Source of the DNA: Takakia lepidozioides
Lineage: Eukaryota; Plantae; Bryophyta
Reading direction: 5' to 3'
NCBI GenBank assembly: GCA_030704615.1
Contig: CM060732.1
Location: 58,590,001 to 58,654,000, forward strand
DNA length: 64,000 nucleotides
Below the pieces are notes generated by a model. It saw only the letters and a program-made list of their open reading frames with translations, was not told where the DNA came from and did not search any database. The translations under genes were made by a program, and so were the position numbers. This document shows, in pieces, positions 49,934 through 61,379 of this stretch. Position 1 is the stretch's first letter; each line of letters opens with the position of its first letter.

Positions 49934-50564
49934 TGTTAGTATGTAGCGTACTAGTAAGTGTCAAGGACAAGAACATGACCGAACACAAACAAGAGATCAG
50001 ACTAGAGGTACAAGACTAGACAAGAAGTCAAGGTCGGCGTGGCCGTATGCACGATGAGTAAATAGGAATCAAGACGATCTTTATAACAATGAACAAGAGT
50101 ACAAGATATTGGAACACGACTTGAATACTGGAATGTTGGAAACTGGACTGGAGTACCAGATACTGGAAACTGGGCTAGAGTATTGGGAACTGGACTGGAC
50201 TGGACTGGACTGGAGTATATTGGGAACTGGAAACAAGAGTAGCTTGACTAGTGTTGGCGAGACTGAAGAGTGTCCAGTCTCGCCTCCTATATGTACTAGC
50301 TACTAAGAAGCTCCCCTAAGAAGCTTCCCCTATGGAGGTTTCTTGCTGGAGAAGTTTCCAAGATTAAACAAAGGTTTCTTGATGGAGAAGCTTCCTTAAA
50401 CAAATAAAGTATCTTGATGGAGAAGTTTCCTCCAAATGAAACTTCCTGAGCAGTTTCCCAAGTTACTCTTGGTAATTTGATAAACTCCCGGTAATTTGGT
50501 AAGTAATGGTAAATCATGGTAGATCATGATAAATCACGATAAGTCATGGTACCTTCTGGTAACA
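49934..50564. repeat. Solo-LTR-like repeat (TGTTAG...GTAACA), same family as 28083-28632
   Basis: TG...CA ends and homology to the 28.1-28.6 kb copy. No TSD seen. Confidence 0.6.
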
Positions 50565-50566
50565 TG

Positions 50567-51830
50567 TGTCGTGCGGATACATATCGCTACACAACTACAT
50601 CGCTGTCCAAAACCACACAACACATGTGCACACCAAACACTAGTCTATCACTAGTGCACCACTAGTGCACCACTAGGCTGCCACTAGTGCAGCCACTAGT
50701 CCACCGCTAGGCTACCACTAGTCACCACTAGTGCAGCCACTAGTCCACCGCTAGGCTACCACTAGTCACCACTAGTGCAGCCACTAGTCCAACCAATAGG
50801 CTGTCACCAGCCAACACTAGTGCAGCCACTAGTCCACCACTAGGTTGCCACTAGTCCATCACAATGATAAGGAACTGAATGATACAAGCACACAAACTCT
50901 CTCAAACTCATATACTTGCACATGAAAACATCACTCATATATTAAGTCGAACCAAGTGCACCCCACGCCATGGGGAATCCGCACTACGGCGCCATAGCTA
51001 GACGCGGTGAGGCTCAACTCGAGAAAGATGAGCCCACTGCGATCTGCCGTGAAGATAACAACGTCAGGTGCCCAAACATGTATTGGTCTCTGGATTGACA
51101 CTTGGATCAATCCCAAATGTCAATATATAAAAGCTAGCTATTTCCTAGCTAACTTCACACTAGTGGTAAAATAACTTGACAGCTGTCGTGCGCATACATA
51201 TCGCTACACAACTACATCGCTGTCCAAAACCACACAACACATGTGCACACCAAACACTAGTCTATCACTAGTCCACCACTAGTGCACCACTAGGCTGCCA
51301 CTAGTGCAACCACTAGTCCGCCACTAGTGTAACCACTAGTGCAGCCACTAGTCCAACACTAGGTGCCACTAGCCACCACTAATGCAGCCACTAGTCCAAC
51401 CACTAGGCTGCCACTAGCCACCACTAGCCACCACTAGTGCAGCCACTAGTCCACCACTAGGCTGCCACTAGCCACCATTAGTGCAGCCACTAGTCCGTCA
51501 CTAGGCTGTCACTAGTCCATCACAATCGCCCCCCTAGCTGGCGCTTAGGTCCCTCTAAGTCCAGATAGCCACAAGATGTGATAGTGGCCATAGCCTCACT
51601 AAGTCCTCCACCACTGTCCCTACTACACTCAGACTCAATAGATTAAGAGGCCGGGTACAAGAGTTGCCCCATCGTTAGTCGTCGTCTTGCAATCTGTGAA
51701 CTTGAGCCTTGGGTATTGACTCCTATGAGTTTGGCCTCTCATGTCTTGTGAGCTGCCACTAGTCATATCCACTGTCACTATCCCAAATAGTGTGGACATA
51801 ACCAATCTCCATCAGGAATCCTCTCAAGAG
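50567..51830 (-). mobile_element. 3'-end remnant of the DNMT/PHD Gypsy family (copy 3): PHD tail, PPT, A (51184-51524), gc, B (50865-51181), t, A (50567-50863)
   Basis: PLERIPDGDWLCPHYLG* at about 51780-51830. The 3' UTR and PPT are homologous to 3428-3740. Junction GACAGCTGTC. Both A repeats are expanded by a CCACTAG(T) minisatellite. Confidence 0.88.
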
Positions 51831-51907
51831 GGGGCGCGGGATGGTGGCTTTGGAGACGTATGAGCAAATGATGTGCGAAGGGGTGAAGCCTGACCACATC
51901 ACGTTTG
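51829..51907 (+). pseudogene. Single PPR fragment of the same family as 16-20 kb
   Basis: GRGMVALETYEQMMCEGVKPDHITFV. Confidence 0.75.
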
Positions 51908-52610
51908 TGTAACAAACTCCTTGATGTAGGACGCCACAACTTGGATGTTCGTTTCTACAAAATGGACAAGTCGATGAGGACATCGACTCCCTGTTGGTAG
52001 GGGTGTGTGTTGCGGCCCTTTGCCTTGAGGGCAGGGGGTCAGGACGCAGGAGGGGCTGCCCCTGTGGTGGGGGCAGTGGCAGCGATAGGTACGGGGAGCT
52101 AAAGCACCCTTGAGTACCCAAGGCACTTAAGAAGGTGGAGCCCCGCACACCGGGTTGCGGTGGGGGTGGCTCCACGGTCCAATGGGGCCGTGGTGGGTGG
52201 GCCAAGACTCACCGCGACTCATCACCGGGAGTCGAGGGTCTTCGTGGTGGTTCGCCATAAAATGACATGGTTGTTTGTGAAACCCCCGCGGACAGTCACA
52301 GAAGTTTATATATGGAGCAGTAACCCCGAGAACGGTGCAAGCCCGTTGGTGACCAAAAACTAGTGAGTAAGCGAGCGAGCCGGAAAGCAACCAAGAAGTG
52401 GGGAGCTATTCCGGACTGCCATCTACCAAAGGGAATTTCCACTAGCCCAAATTGGTGGAGGGTCTTTTGGAAGAGTAAAGGGGGACCGTTATGTCCCGGT
52501 GAGCAGCCGAAGTTCCAAGAAGGCCTAGCGGCCAGGTTGGGAGTTAGACGCGCGCATCAAGCGAGTAACTATGACTTGAAGGGGAGCTTACCGAAGTGAG
52601 GTGCGCGACA
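51908..52610 (+). repeat. LTR-like repeat (TGTAACA...GCGCGACA)
   Basis: Homologous to 14225-14905 plus the reverse complement of 21090-21240. Confidence 0.75.
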
Positions 52611-52870
52611 TTCCACTTCTCTGGATTGTCCATTCAACCGTTGTCCATTGCTAACAAGTTGAAAATGGGCAGCAACGCTAATGAACCGAGCATCATGGAT
52701 GGATCCTGGAAAACCTGCAAACACATATGTGAATCTGGCTTCTGCATCAACAATTGCTTGAAGAATCAAACTGTAGTTGTGGTCTCGATCAAAATAGTCG
52801 GATGCCTGCATGTTCGTAGGGAGCTCCAATGGCATGTGAGTTCAATTCTGGTTGGTGCTGCATGTGTATT
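52611..52870 (-). pseudogene. PIF/Harbinger transposase (DDE_Tnp_4/HARBI1-like) fragment
   Basis: YFDRDHNYSLILQAIVDAEARFTYVFAGFPGSIHDAR. Confidence 0.85.
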
Positions 52871-55800
52871 AATTATGGTTTTTTTAATGAGGCGAGTTTT
52901 AATTCCCAAAAAATTTCTAAATCCCTGAGCGCGAGTAGTGCGGTGAGTGGACCCGGACCCGCGATTGGACCCTACAATTGGACCCGAGGGCCGAGTTGTT
53001 GCAAGGCTACACGACTTGCACGTCAATGCATTAAAGACCCCTTTGTGGGTACTGCCTCTTTCAAGCGTGGGCTCTATCAACACATGAACCAATCACACGT
53101 TGGCTAGTTGGCCACTTTCAATCTTGAGCTTATGGAGGATTAGGATGTAAGCGATCTGATTGCTATAAAGTACATGGTGCATAAGAGAGGTATGGTGGGA
53201 TAAGACTACGCTTACCCAACAAGTTGAATGCAAGCGTGGGAGCCTTGCTGGTACGGTCGCTGGCTCCCACGCTTGCATTCAACTTGTTGGATAAGTGTAC
53301 ATAGTCTATTGTGAGACCCCACTAGTTCCGGGGGTGTTGGTGCAGGTGTGAGGTTAACTACCAATGACCATATTAGCCTTATTCAAGATTTTACATACCT
53401 GGGGTTAAAGCCCAATATTGAAATTGTGATACAACATATCAATACATGGATAATAACTATTGTTATCAACCTCGACCTAGGTTTCAAAAACAAATCTTCA
53501 ACCATTTCTAAGGAACTATCATCACCTAAATATCTTTAACCCCTAAATGACGACGCAACCCAAATCGGGTTGCGTCATATCACTTGACATGCTCTAGTTC
53601 CCGTGGATGATAGTGGAAATGAACCTTGAAGATGAATTGTAGCTGTTAGAGAGGAGCACATGTGGGAAGTTACAGCGTCAAAAAGTCATAAAAGCTCTGC
53701 TCCCTGGAATTTTGCAAAGTGCCAGGGTTTCAGGAAATCCAGTGTTAGAGCACCATTGACCTGCCTACGTGGCAGCCAAATGGGCAATCTTCAAGATAAC
53801 ATCTAGGGCTGAAAAATTATCAGAATGCCAAAACTTTTCGACAGGGCACCATGAAATGTTAATGTGCACTTACTTACCAAAGGAATTGGAAAACAAATGT
53901 CACCTCATGGGTGTATTTGGGAAAGAAGCCAAAACAATATAATTTACCCCCAGACTTTACATACAGAGCAGCCTATCTGAATTTTTGGAATTTTTCTTTG
54001 ACTTTTTGGGGCGGCAGTAGTTTAGGTGCCATACAATCAGATTATGGAGGGCCTTTGTCTAGAAAGATTCAACTCGATACTTCAATTTTGTGGTCAAACA
54101 ATTTTTTCCATGCAATTTTTGAATATATTTGCAAATTGGGGCATATTAGTTCGCTATAATCTCCTGAATGCAACGGTCAATTTGGCTAAAAGCCATGAAT
54201 AAGAACTTGGTATTAGTCAGTGTCATCGAATTACATATATTGCTAGTATATATAATTGTTAGGTATGTATTGGGTATTTACATCTCATTTATATTAAATG
54301 AATACTAAATCATCTACAAATTCCAATTCACAAGTTATGTTTTACAGAGCCTATGCACAAAATTGAGTAGCTTTGGATTTAAAGCATTGTCTCATCTACA
54401 CATGTATGTACACAAAACAGAACTCAAAACATATGTATTAAGAAGCACATAACTGAGGAAGAGACAGTAATCGCAAGCTCAATATAGATCCAAGTGAGGT
54501 GAGTGTGAATTTTCTTCTTCCTTCACGTTTGTGGGATCATGATCTAAATGTGGGGCCGTGGAGCTCCAAGACTGCATAATTAAAACAAACCATGATGGCT
54601 TCCAGAGTTGCATAGGAGGAGGCCTCTAGGAAGTCATAGGAGCTTGAGCTGCAGGTGTCTCTGGAGGTGTGGCATGTGCGTTTGCAGCGGCACCAACAGC
54701 TACTTTGTCCTTGGTAGCTTTTCCCACAACATCTTCGTCATTGACAACCTTTGCAGCAGCCGAGTCTACCAACTTGGCCTTCCTTGACACATACTTGGCT
54801 ATTTGTTTGGGTTTTTTCGGACCCAACAACATATTAAAATGAGCGATAGCCTCGGAGTACTCTGTGAATGCATCACGCTTGTGGAAAAATTCTCTGTCTA
54901 CCTTCTCTAGCTGCATCATTCATACAACTCAATAAAAATTATCCAAATGTCACAAGCCTCATGTGAATGATTCTTGATGTTTATCGATTCTAATTAGCTA
55001 TACTCATGATTGAAGCCCAAAACTCGTTAGTATAAACATGTAGGCACCACAACACCCATACATATATAAGCAGTTAAATACATTCCATCAATTCACTTAA
55101 CACATATACCTTGACCAACTAAATATGGTCTAAAAACATGTCTAGATAGCATTTTCAGTGGTAACTAATAGTCAAGGTAGTCATACTAGATAACAAGTTT
55201 TAAGCAGCTAGCTTAACAAACCAATGTTTTGAGGTCCATTAGTTTAAGACGAGCTCTTGTCAATCAAGAGCAGAAAAGGTGACATAAGATTTCAAACTCG
55301 TTTGCATACTAATTTTGGATTATGCTTGTAGTTTGTATGGGTGTGGCCTTCCAACTTCCTCTTTGAGACTGAGTAACCTGCATTGACTCTCCTCCACAAG
55401 TTCTGTAAAGCACATGGGATCAAAAATCATGTCATGGACATTGTAGACACATTTTTTATTTTTTTATTTTTTTAATTTCATTCATACTTAATAAGTTGAT
55501 AATTACATGATTTGAGCAACCAACATTTAGTGAGTGATAATGGCACAAACCGCCTCACTAGTGGTTGTGAGTTCAAACCACATGATCGATGTCATAAGGG
55601 TGTCCACTTTCCTATACAATATACAATCTATGAAATTGGTTATATTTACCAAACGACTATTTTGTTTGTCAAGAATACTTATTTCAACCAATCTATGTAA
55701 TTTACTCAAGAAATTACTAGAACTTTATAAGAGAGTGTTTTCATGCATAGTCTAATGGCATTGAGAAAAATTTCCTGAGCTGTATCTCATGCAAATTACA

Positions 55801-57779
55801 CCCTATGATATATGTGATATTTGGATGTTTCTCTAGTATGATCATCTTTCGAACACCCATACTTCCCCTATATCATGGAAGTTGACCGTCTAAAAGATCA
55901 ATAGAGTTTATAAGTATCACTATTTTGCAAGGTCAAAGGGTGTTGGAGTAGCATTTACTAGACTCTAGCATGCTAGCCATCCTATCAATGCATTTTTATA
56001 TCCGCAGTGAATAATTCCATTCTGCTATCATGTTTTCAATGCTTAAGATATGAATGTATATATAAATGTGTCTGGGAGTGCCAGTGTCCGACAAAGTGTT
56101 TATTTATTGAGTTTCTGAACCACTAATTTCACATTGAAACTACAAAGTATTGTTCCTCACAAATCCTTACTAATGGTGGTAAGAGTTTGTTTCAATCTTT
56201 TATAATTTCCATTAAAAACTAGCAACTTCCTCAATTTCTCATATTAGTACTTGATCTTTTGAGAACGGTTATCTTCACAATTTGTCGTGGAAATTGTATA
56301 AACTACAACAAGCTGCTCATGTGTTTTGTTTACAAATAAACTTCGATTCAGACACGATATAAGTGGCTGGATGCCCCTTGAAGATACGGACTGCGATCTC
56401 AATGTGAATTAGCTAGAAAAACTAGACAAATTACCATGGACAAGTTTTTGAGGATGTGGGCATCCTCCTCAGCTGTATCCATGACGGGGATAGGGTGGGG
56501 AGGGGGATAGAGCGAGGCCACCCTAACAAGAGAACAACACCTAAGAGACTTAAAGTAGATTGTCACCAAGAGGACGAAACGACACTGGTAGATCTCAAAG
56601 GGTAGCAAAACCTCGACACCAATATATCTGAAAAGGTTCGTGATCCGGGTAAGTAAATAAGCTAAAATTTTCACATTTACAGTATTTAAATTTTTTATTA
56701 CAATTTTATTTTTACTTAAAAAAAGAGAAACACCCGGGAGCTGCGACCGCTCAATCAAATCACGATCCTACATTTCTGTTTTATTCTATTTTTTGTTTTT
56801 TTCTAAAAAAGGTCCCCTCTTATCTTTAAAAAATCAAAAATCAAAAGCTCAAAATTGCACTAATATAATTTATCTGATGGACTAATATTATTAAGAGAAT
56901 TTACGTCATTAACCTAATTTTGGTTGGAAGCCTCCACGTGAATGGCACAATGCATGCCTACCACGATGCACCAAAATGAAATACATGGCTGTGGATGAAC
57001 AATGTATGGATGCGGTAACCAGAGCACGAAGTTGCATGAGGCCCAATGGCAGAATGTCCTTCCTTGGCCACCTTTCTCACAACAATCTTTCTGTTTCGAT
57101 ATTTAAACTCTAGATTATTTTTGTTTTTTAGAACAGGGGGATGGTAGCATTGGAAATTTTACTTAAAAGGGTAAGGAAAAAATAACCTTACAAGGAGCCA
57201 TAAGGCAGATTACTGAGGTACCACTCCAATCGAGCCTAAAGTGGAACCAAGACAAAGATAAAGGATCATGGAGGAAAGTTTACAAACTAAGATGAAGAGG
57301 AACCAGGCTAAATGCAAGAGCTTTGGTTAAGCTCTTTTATTATCACCAGAAGACAAGGAAGCTAGACATCCAATCATAGCAAGAGCAAGGAAAGAAGGAT
57401 CCGAGAACCAAACAGCTCTAACTACGAACTACCATTTTTTCTCTTAGGAGCCTCAAAGCTAAGCTGGGCCTTGGATTTTCCTTTCCTAGCACCACTACGC
57501 TTGTGCCTCCAGTTTACTTCGGTATCTTCCGCCTTTGCTTAGTGCTGGTTGAGCTGCCAACAGGCAAGGATGGAGTCTTCCCACACAGTTCTTGTGTCCG
57601 AAATTCTTCTGCAGAAAATGAAGTCCTTCCCCCAAGATTTCTTGAAGGAGGCAAGCAACTGGGTTCTCCTATTGCTGCTACACCCTGGAAAGAGCTGAAA
57701 CAGGAACCGACCATGATTTGCGAGCTTCAGACCTAAGGTCTGAGTGAGCTAAAAACAACATTCTCTGCAACGCTTTTGA

Positions 57780-59016
57780 TATACCACAAAGCATCTCATT
57801 TTCCATATCTACCAGAGAATTATCCCTCGTAATGATTCCTGAACAGGACAAGAACAGTGAATAATTCCATTCTTGACATTGAGCAACAAGACAGAAAAAG
57901 AGGAGTCCAAATTAGAAGACCAGAAAGAGTATAAGGCCCTTGTTCGGAACTTCATATGGGGGACCACCAGGTCTGACCAGACTCGTAGGGCTCTTGTTAG
58001 CTGGACTCAGCAAAAGAAATGGTGGCCTGGGAATCATTGACCCTTAGGCTCAGATTTGTGCCTTATTGGCAAAGTGGGTTCCCCGGGTTTTTAAATACCT
58101 TTCTTCCCCGTGGAGTCTGATAGTTAGATATCATATTCTCAATGTTTGTCCCAAAACTTCCAATCTGTGGCAGCCCTCCATTCGCTGGATTGTACAAGGG
58201 GTTCTTCTAACTCCAGTGTTTCCACCACTGGCTCGGCTGCCTGGCGTTCTATTTGGAAAGCTTGGATTTTTAATGAGAGATTTCATGGCTCAATATTGTC
58301 TGAAGCAAGAAAAGCGTGGCAGGTGTTGGGGTTAGCTGTTTACAGATGCAGCCATAGAAGGCGATCTCAACTTCTCGCCGAATTTGATAGCTCCTGGGGC
58401 AAAGGGGGCTGCAATCTGCACCAGAAAATCTGCCTCGGGGATTTACTAGAACGACGACATCCCACCAAGCTTGCAGCTCTCTCAACACTAAGCAATCCCC
58501 CTTGGTGGGTGAGGAGCCTGAAGTCAATTGGAAGCACCGTAATTCCATTAGGAAAGGCAAATCCAAGATTAAGATCTCTTTTGACAATTTTGCCTCGAAG
58601 TAGAGATGCCCCTTATTTTCCTTGCCTGGTTTTCCTTCTTGGAGAACTTTTGATCTGCTCTCCTTGTTTCTATCGGGATCTATGCATTCTCTGTTTCCAT
58701 CTAGGCCCTTTCCATTTAGCCTTATGTTCTGCTGCTCTTGCTGTTGTCTTCCGTGCTAGGGACTTCGTGCACAAGCAAGACTTGTTCTCTCCTGGCTCCC
58801 GTGTTGCTAGGCTTCTTTCCCCTCATTTTACTCCCCCTTGTCACGTAGCGGTGCCTTCCTTGATCAGCCTTACGGCACCCTTTAGAGGTTATTTTTTCCT
58901 CTCTGTTTCATCTGGTTGCTCTTCCATTTACCTGTTGTATTTCTTGGACTTTCAGTCCCTCTCTATAAAATTTTAAGGCCACTGTCCCTCTTCCATTAAA
59001 AAAGAAAGAAAAAAAG
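57780..59016 (+). mobile_element. Degenerate 3' end of an L1-type LINE with A-rich tail
   Basis: Remnants RNFIWG...W...GGLGIIDP...LLAKW and an A-rich tail at 58998-59016. Confidence 0.6.
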
Positions 59017-59103
59017 AGACACCATTGGAAATACAATCCGTGCAACAGCCCTGCCCAAAATCAAATTAAGTTATGGAGTTGTCCGGGGCAGATGGCTATA
59101 ATC

Positions 59104-59425
59104 TAGTGTTGTACGGGTCCAGGTTTTGGCTCGGGTACCCGCCGGTCGCGGTTACCCGGATCCATACCCGTACTTGTGTAATCTCAAAAAACCCAACCCT
59201 AGATCCGAGTTCATTTCTGAAATGAACCCGGATCCAGACCCACTTGCTACGTCCAGAACACGTTAAACCTGCTACCTGTGGGCCAGTATAGCGGGTCAGG
59301 GTCCTGGTTTTAACTTTCAATAGACAAATATATATACGGACCCGGATTTTCCAAATTTCAAAAACCCGGATCGGGACCGCCGTTACCCCCTACCCGGCCG
59401 TAAAGGCACAACCTGCACAACACTC
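59104..59425. mobile_element. Non-autonomous hAT-type element (MITE)
   Basis: Imperfect 15-bp TIR (TAGTGTTGTACGGGT / GAGTGTTGTGCAGGT). 8-bp TSD CTATAATC at 59096-59103 and 59426-59433. Internal ACCCG subterminal repeats. Confidence 0.8.
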
Positions 59426-60141
59426 CTATAATCCAGGATTCCAAGCCGGAGCCCTAGCATATTATGGAATCTTCGTGACATAACCTTTTCCGATCCAGGA
59501 GGTCCCTGAAAATACAAGACACTTTACCGGCATGTTATTAACTTATGACCTACAACAAATATCCCAATAAATATACGCTGATCCGAATCGTGAATGGTTG
59601 AAGCTATAATCTTACCGTCCATTTATAGTCCGGTCGTTGGTGTGGTTGCGGGGAGGGTGGTGGTTACACACACACACACGGAGAGACGGTGCTGTGCTTC
59701 TGCATTCTGCCACATCACTGCGCCATCTCAATTCTCGTGCTCCTCACCTATGTCTGTAAGCAACTGAACTCTTACTTCGTTCAATACTTTTGGTGTCAAT
59801 TTCATCATTCCATCTCTTGCATGTATGTCGTCACAAAGTATATGATTTTAAACCTTCCCAAGCATCTCAGTTTCAAGGTTTCTTGAAGGTTGCTCGTTAT
59901 AACTCGTGCAATAGAGGTAGAGGGGAAGGGGGAGGGAAGATGGAAATCTCCCAGTTGACTCGGTATGGTAGTCATCCATGCAGTACGGTCACCGTGTTTA
60001 TAATGTCGTGGATATCTGATTTCCTCTCGGATTATCTAATATCCTACCAAATCTTCATAATTAGGTCTTTCCACTTTTTAATGCATCCTCGGACACCGCC
60101 CTTTTTATTTACGGGCTCATGATGGTCAATGCTGGCGACAG

Positions 60142-61091
60142 ATTACAGCCTACAATGGGAGTGCCTTGATTGCCATGGTGGGCAAGAACTGTTTTGCGAT
60201 AGCTGGCGATCGTCGCCTCGGTGTACACTTCCAGACAATCGCCTGTGATTTCGAGCGCATTTTCAAGATTCACGAGAAGCTCTACATTGGCCTCTCTGGC
60301 CTTGCATCTGATGTGCAGACTATGTAAGGACATCTTCAATCATGGAAGTGTGTTATGTAATAGAGAAAGGGGCTGTGAGGATGTTGATCGTGTCATTGTC
60401 CAGGATAGCATAGTACCAACCAAAACAGTTCATAAACTGTGGCGACAGATGTGCAAATGACGAAAATCACTGTGAGCGTGACCTCAAATCCTTGAACCAT
60501 GACGTGGGGCTTGTGGGGTGCAATGCAGGCAACAACGACTACAGTTCCGGCACAAGCTGTACAAGCTGCGTGAGGAGCACAATATGAGGCCCGAGACTTT
60601 TGCTAGCCTTGTTTCTGCAATGCTATATGAGAAGAGGTAGCCATTTTGGAAGATGTCCTTATGACAGAGAGACAGACAGACAGGTAGAACTGACTGTCAT
60701 TGACACATGGAAAAGAACAGATGCATGTAGCATCATATCACAGGGAGATAGGTTTGCTTAATATGACCAGAATTAGATAGCCCTGGAGCTGTTGTTCTCC
60801 TCTCTCCCCCTCCAAAGTTCCGGGTGCTGGCCCTATGGCCACAAGGCTACGGCAAACAATGTCTCGTGAGTACATTCTCTCTCTCTAAACTGGGCGAGGT
60901 CTATGGCCACAAAGCTACGGCAAAGAACGTCTTATGAGTACATTCTCTTTTTATGGATCTGCATCTCATGACTTGGACACGCCTTGGATTGTTGATTGCA
61001 GATTTGGACCATACTTCTGTGAGCCTATCATAGCAGGGCTCAATGATGATGGGACTCCCTTCATTTGCAGCACCGATTTGATTGGAGCCAA
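60142..61091 (+). CDS. PBC1: 20S proteasome subunit beta-3, partial: exons 60142-60323, 60529-60636, 61002-61091; start exon unresolved and 3' exons lie beyond the window
   Basis: ITAYNGSALIAMVGKNCFAIAGDRRLG...[55 protein letters not shown]...DLIGAK. GT-AG junctions. Confidence 0.92.
60835..60947 (+). repeat. Two tandem ~45-bp copies of the extreme 3' tip of the LINE at 45182
   Basis: ATGGCCACAAGGCTACGGCAAACAA.GTCT..TGAGTACA matches the reverse complement of 45182-45222. Confidence 0.85.
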
Positions 61092-61379
61092 GTAATTGCT
61101 CCTTACCCTTGGTTATTCATTTCATTTCAGAGTACCAAATCCTTCAGTTACACGACGTTCAGGCTCTGCACACTTAGGGACAGATTGTCCGTCCAAGCAG
61201 CAGACGGACAATCTGTCCCTAAGTGTGCGGAGCCTGGACGTCGTGTAACTGAAGGATTTGGTACTATGATGGTTTACCAATCCTTAAAGTTTACACAAGA
61301 CGAGCAAAATCTACACAGGGGGTAACTGTCCCCCCTTTGCAGAACGGTTGGCCGTCCAGGAGCAATCTTAAGCTACCTA

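Noticed and set aside
50637-51520. CRISPR-like array
   Set aside because: Short degenerate units without unique spacers, in a eukaryotic TE context.
53536-57100. Possible degraded DNA transposon (TTAACCCC start, short hairpin at 53551-53577, AT-rich body)
   Set aside because: No matching second TIR or convincing transposase motif could be read.
58146-58976. 276-aa ORF as a host gene
   Set aside because: It overlaps a decayed LINE 3' end and has low-complexity, non-conserved composition.
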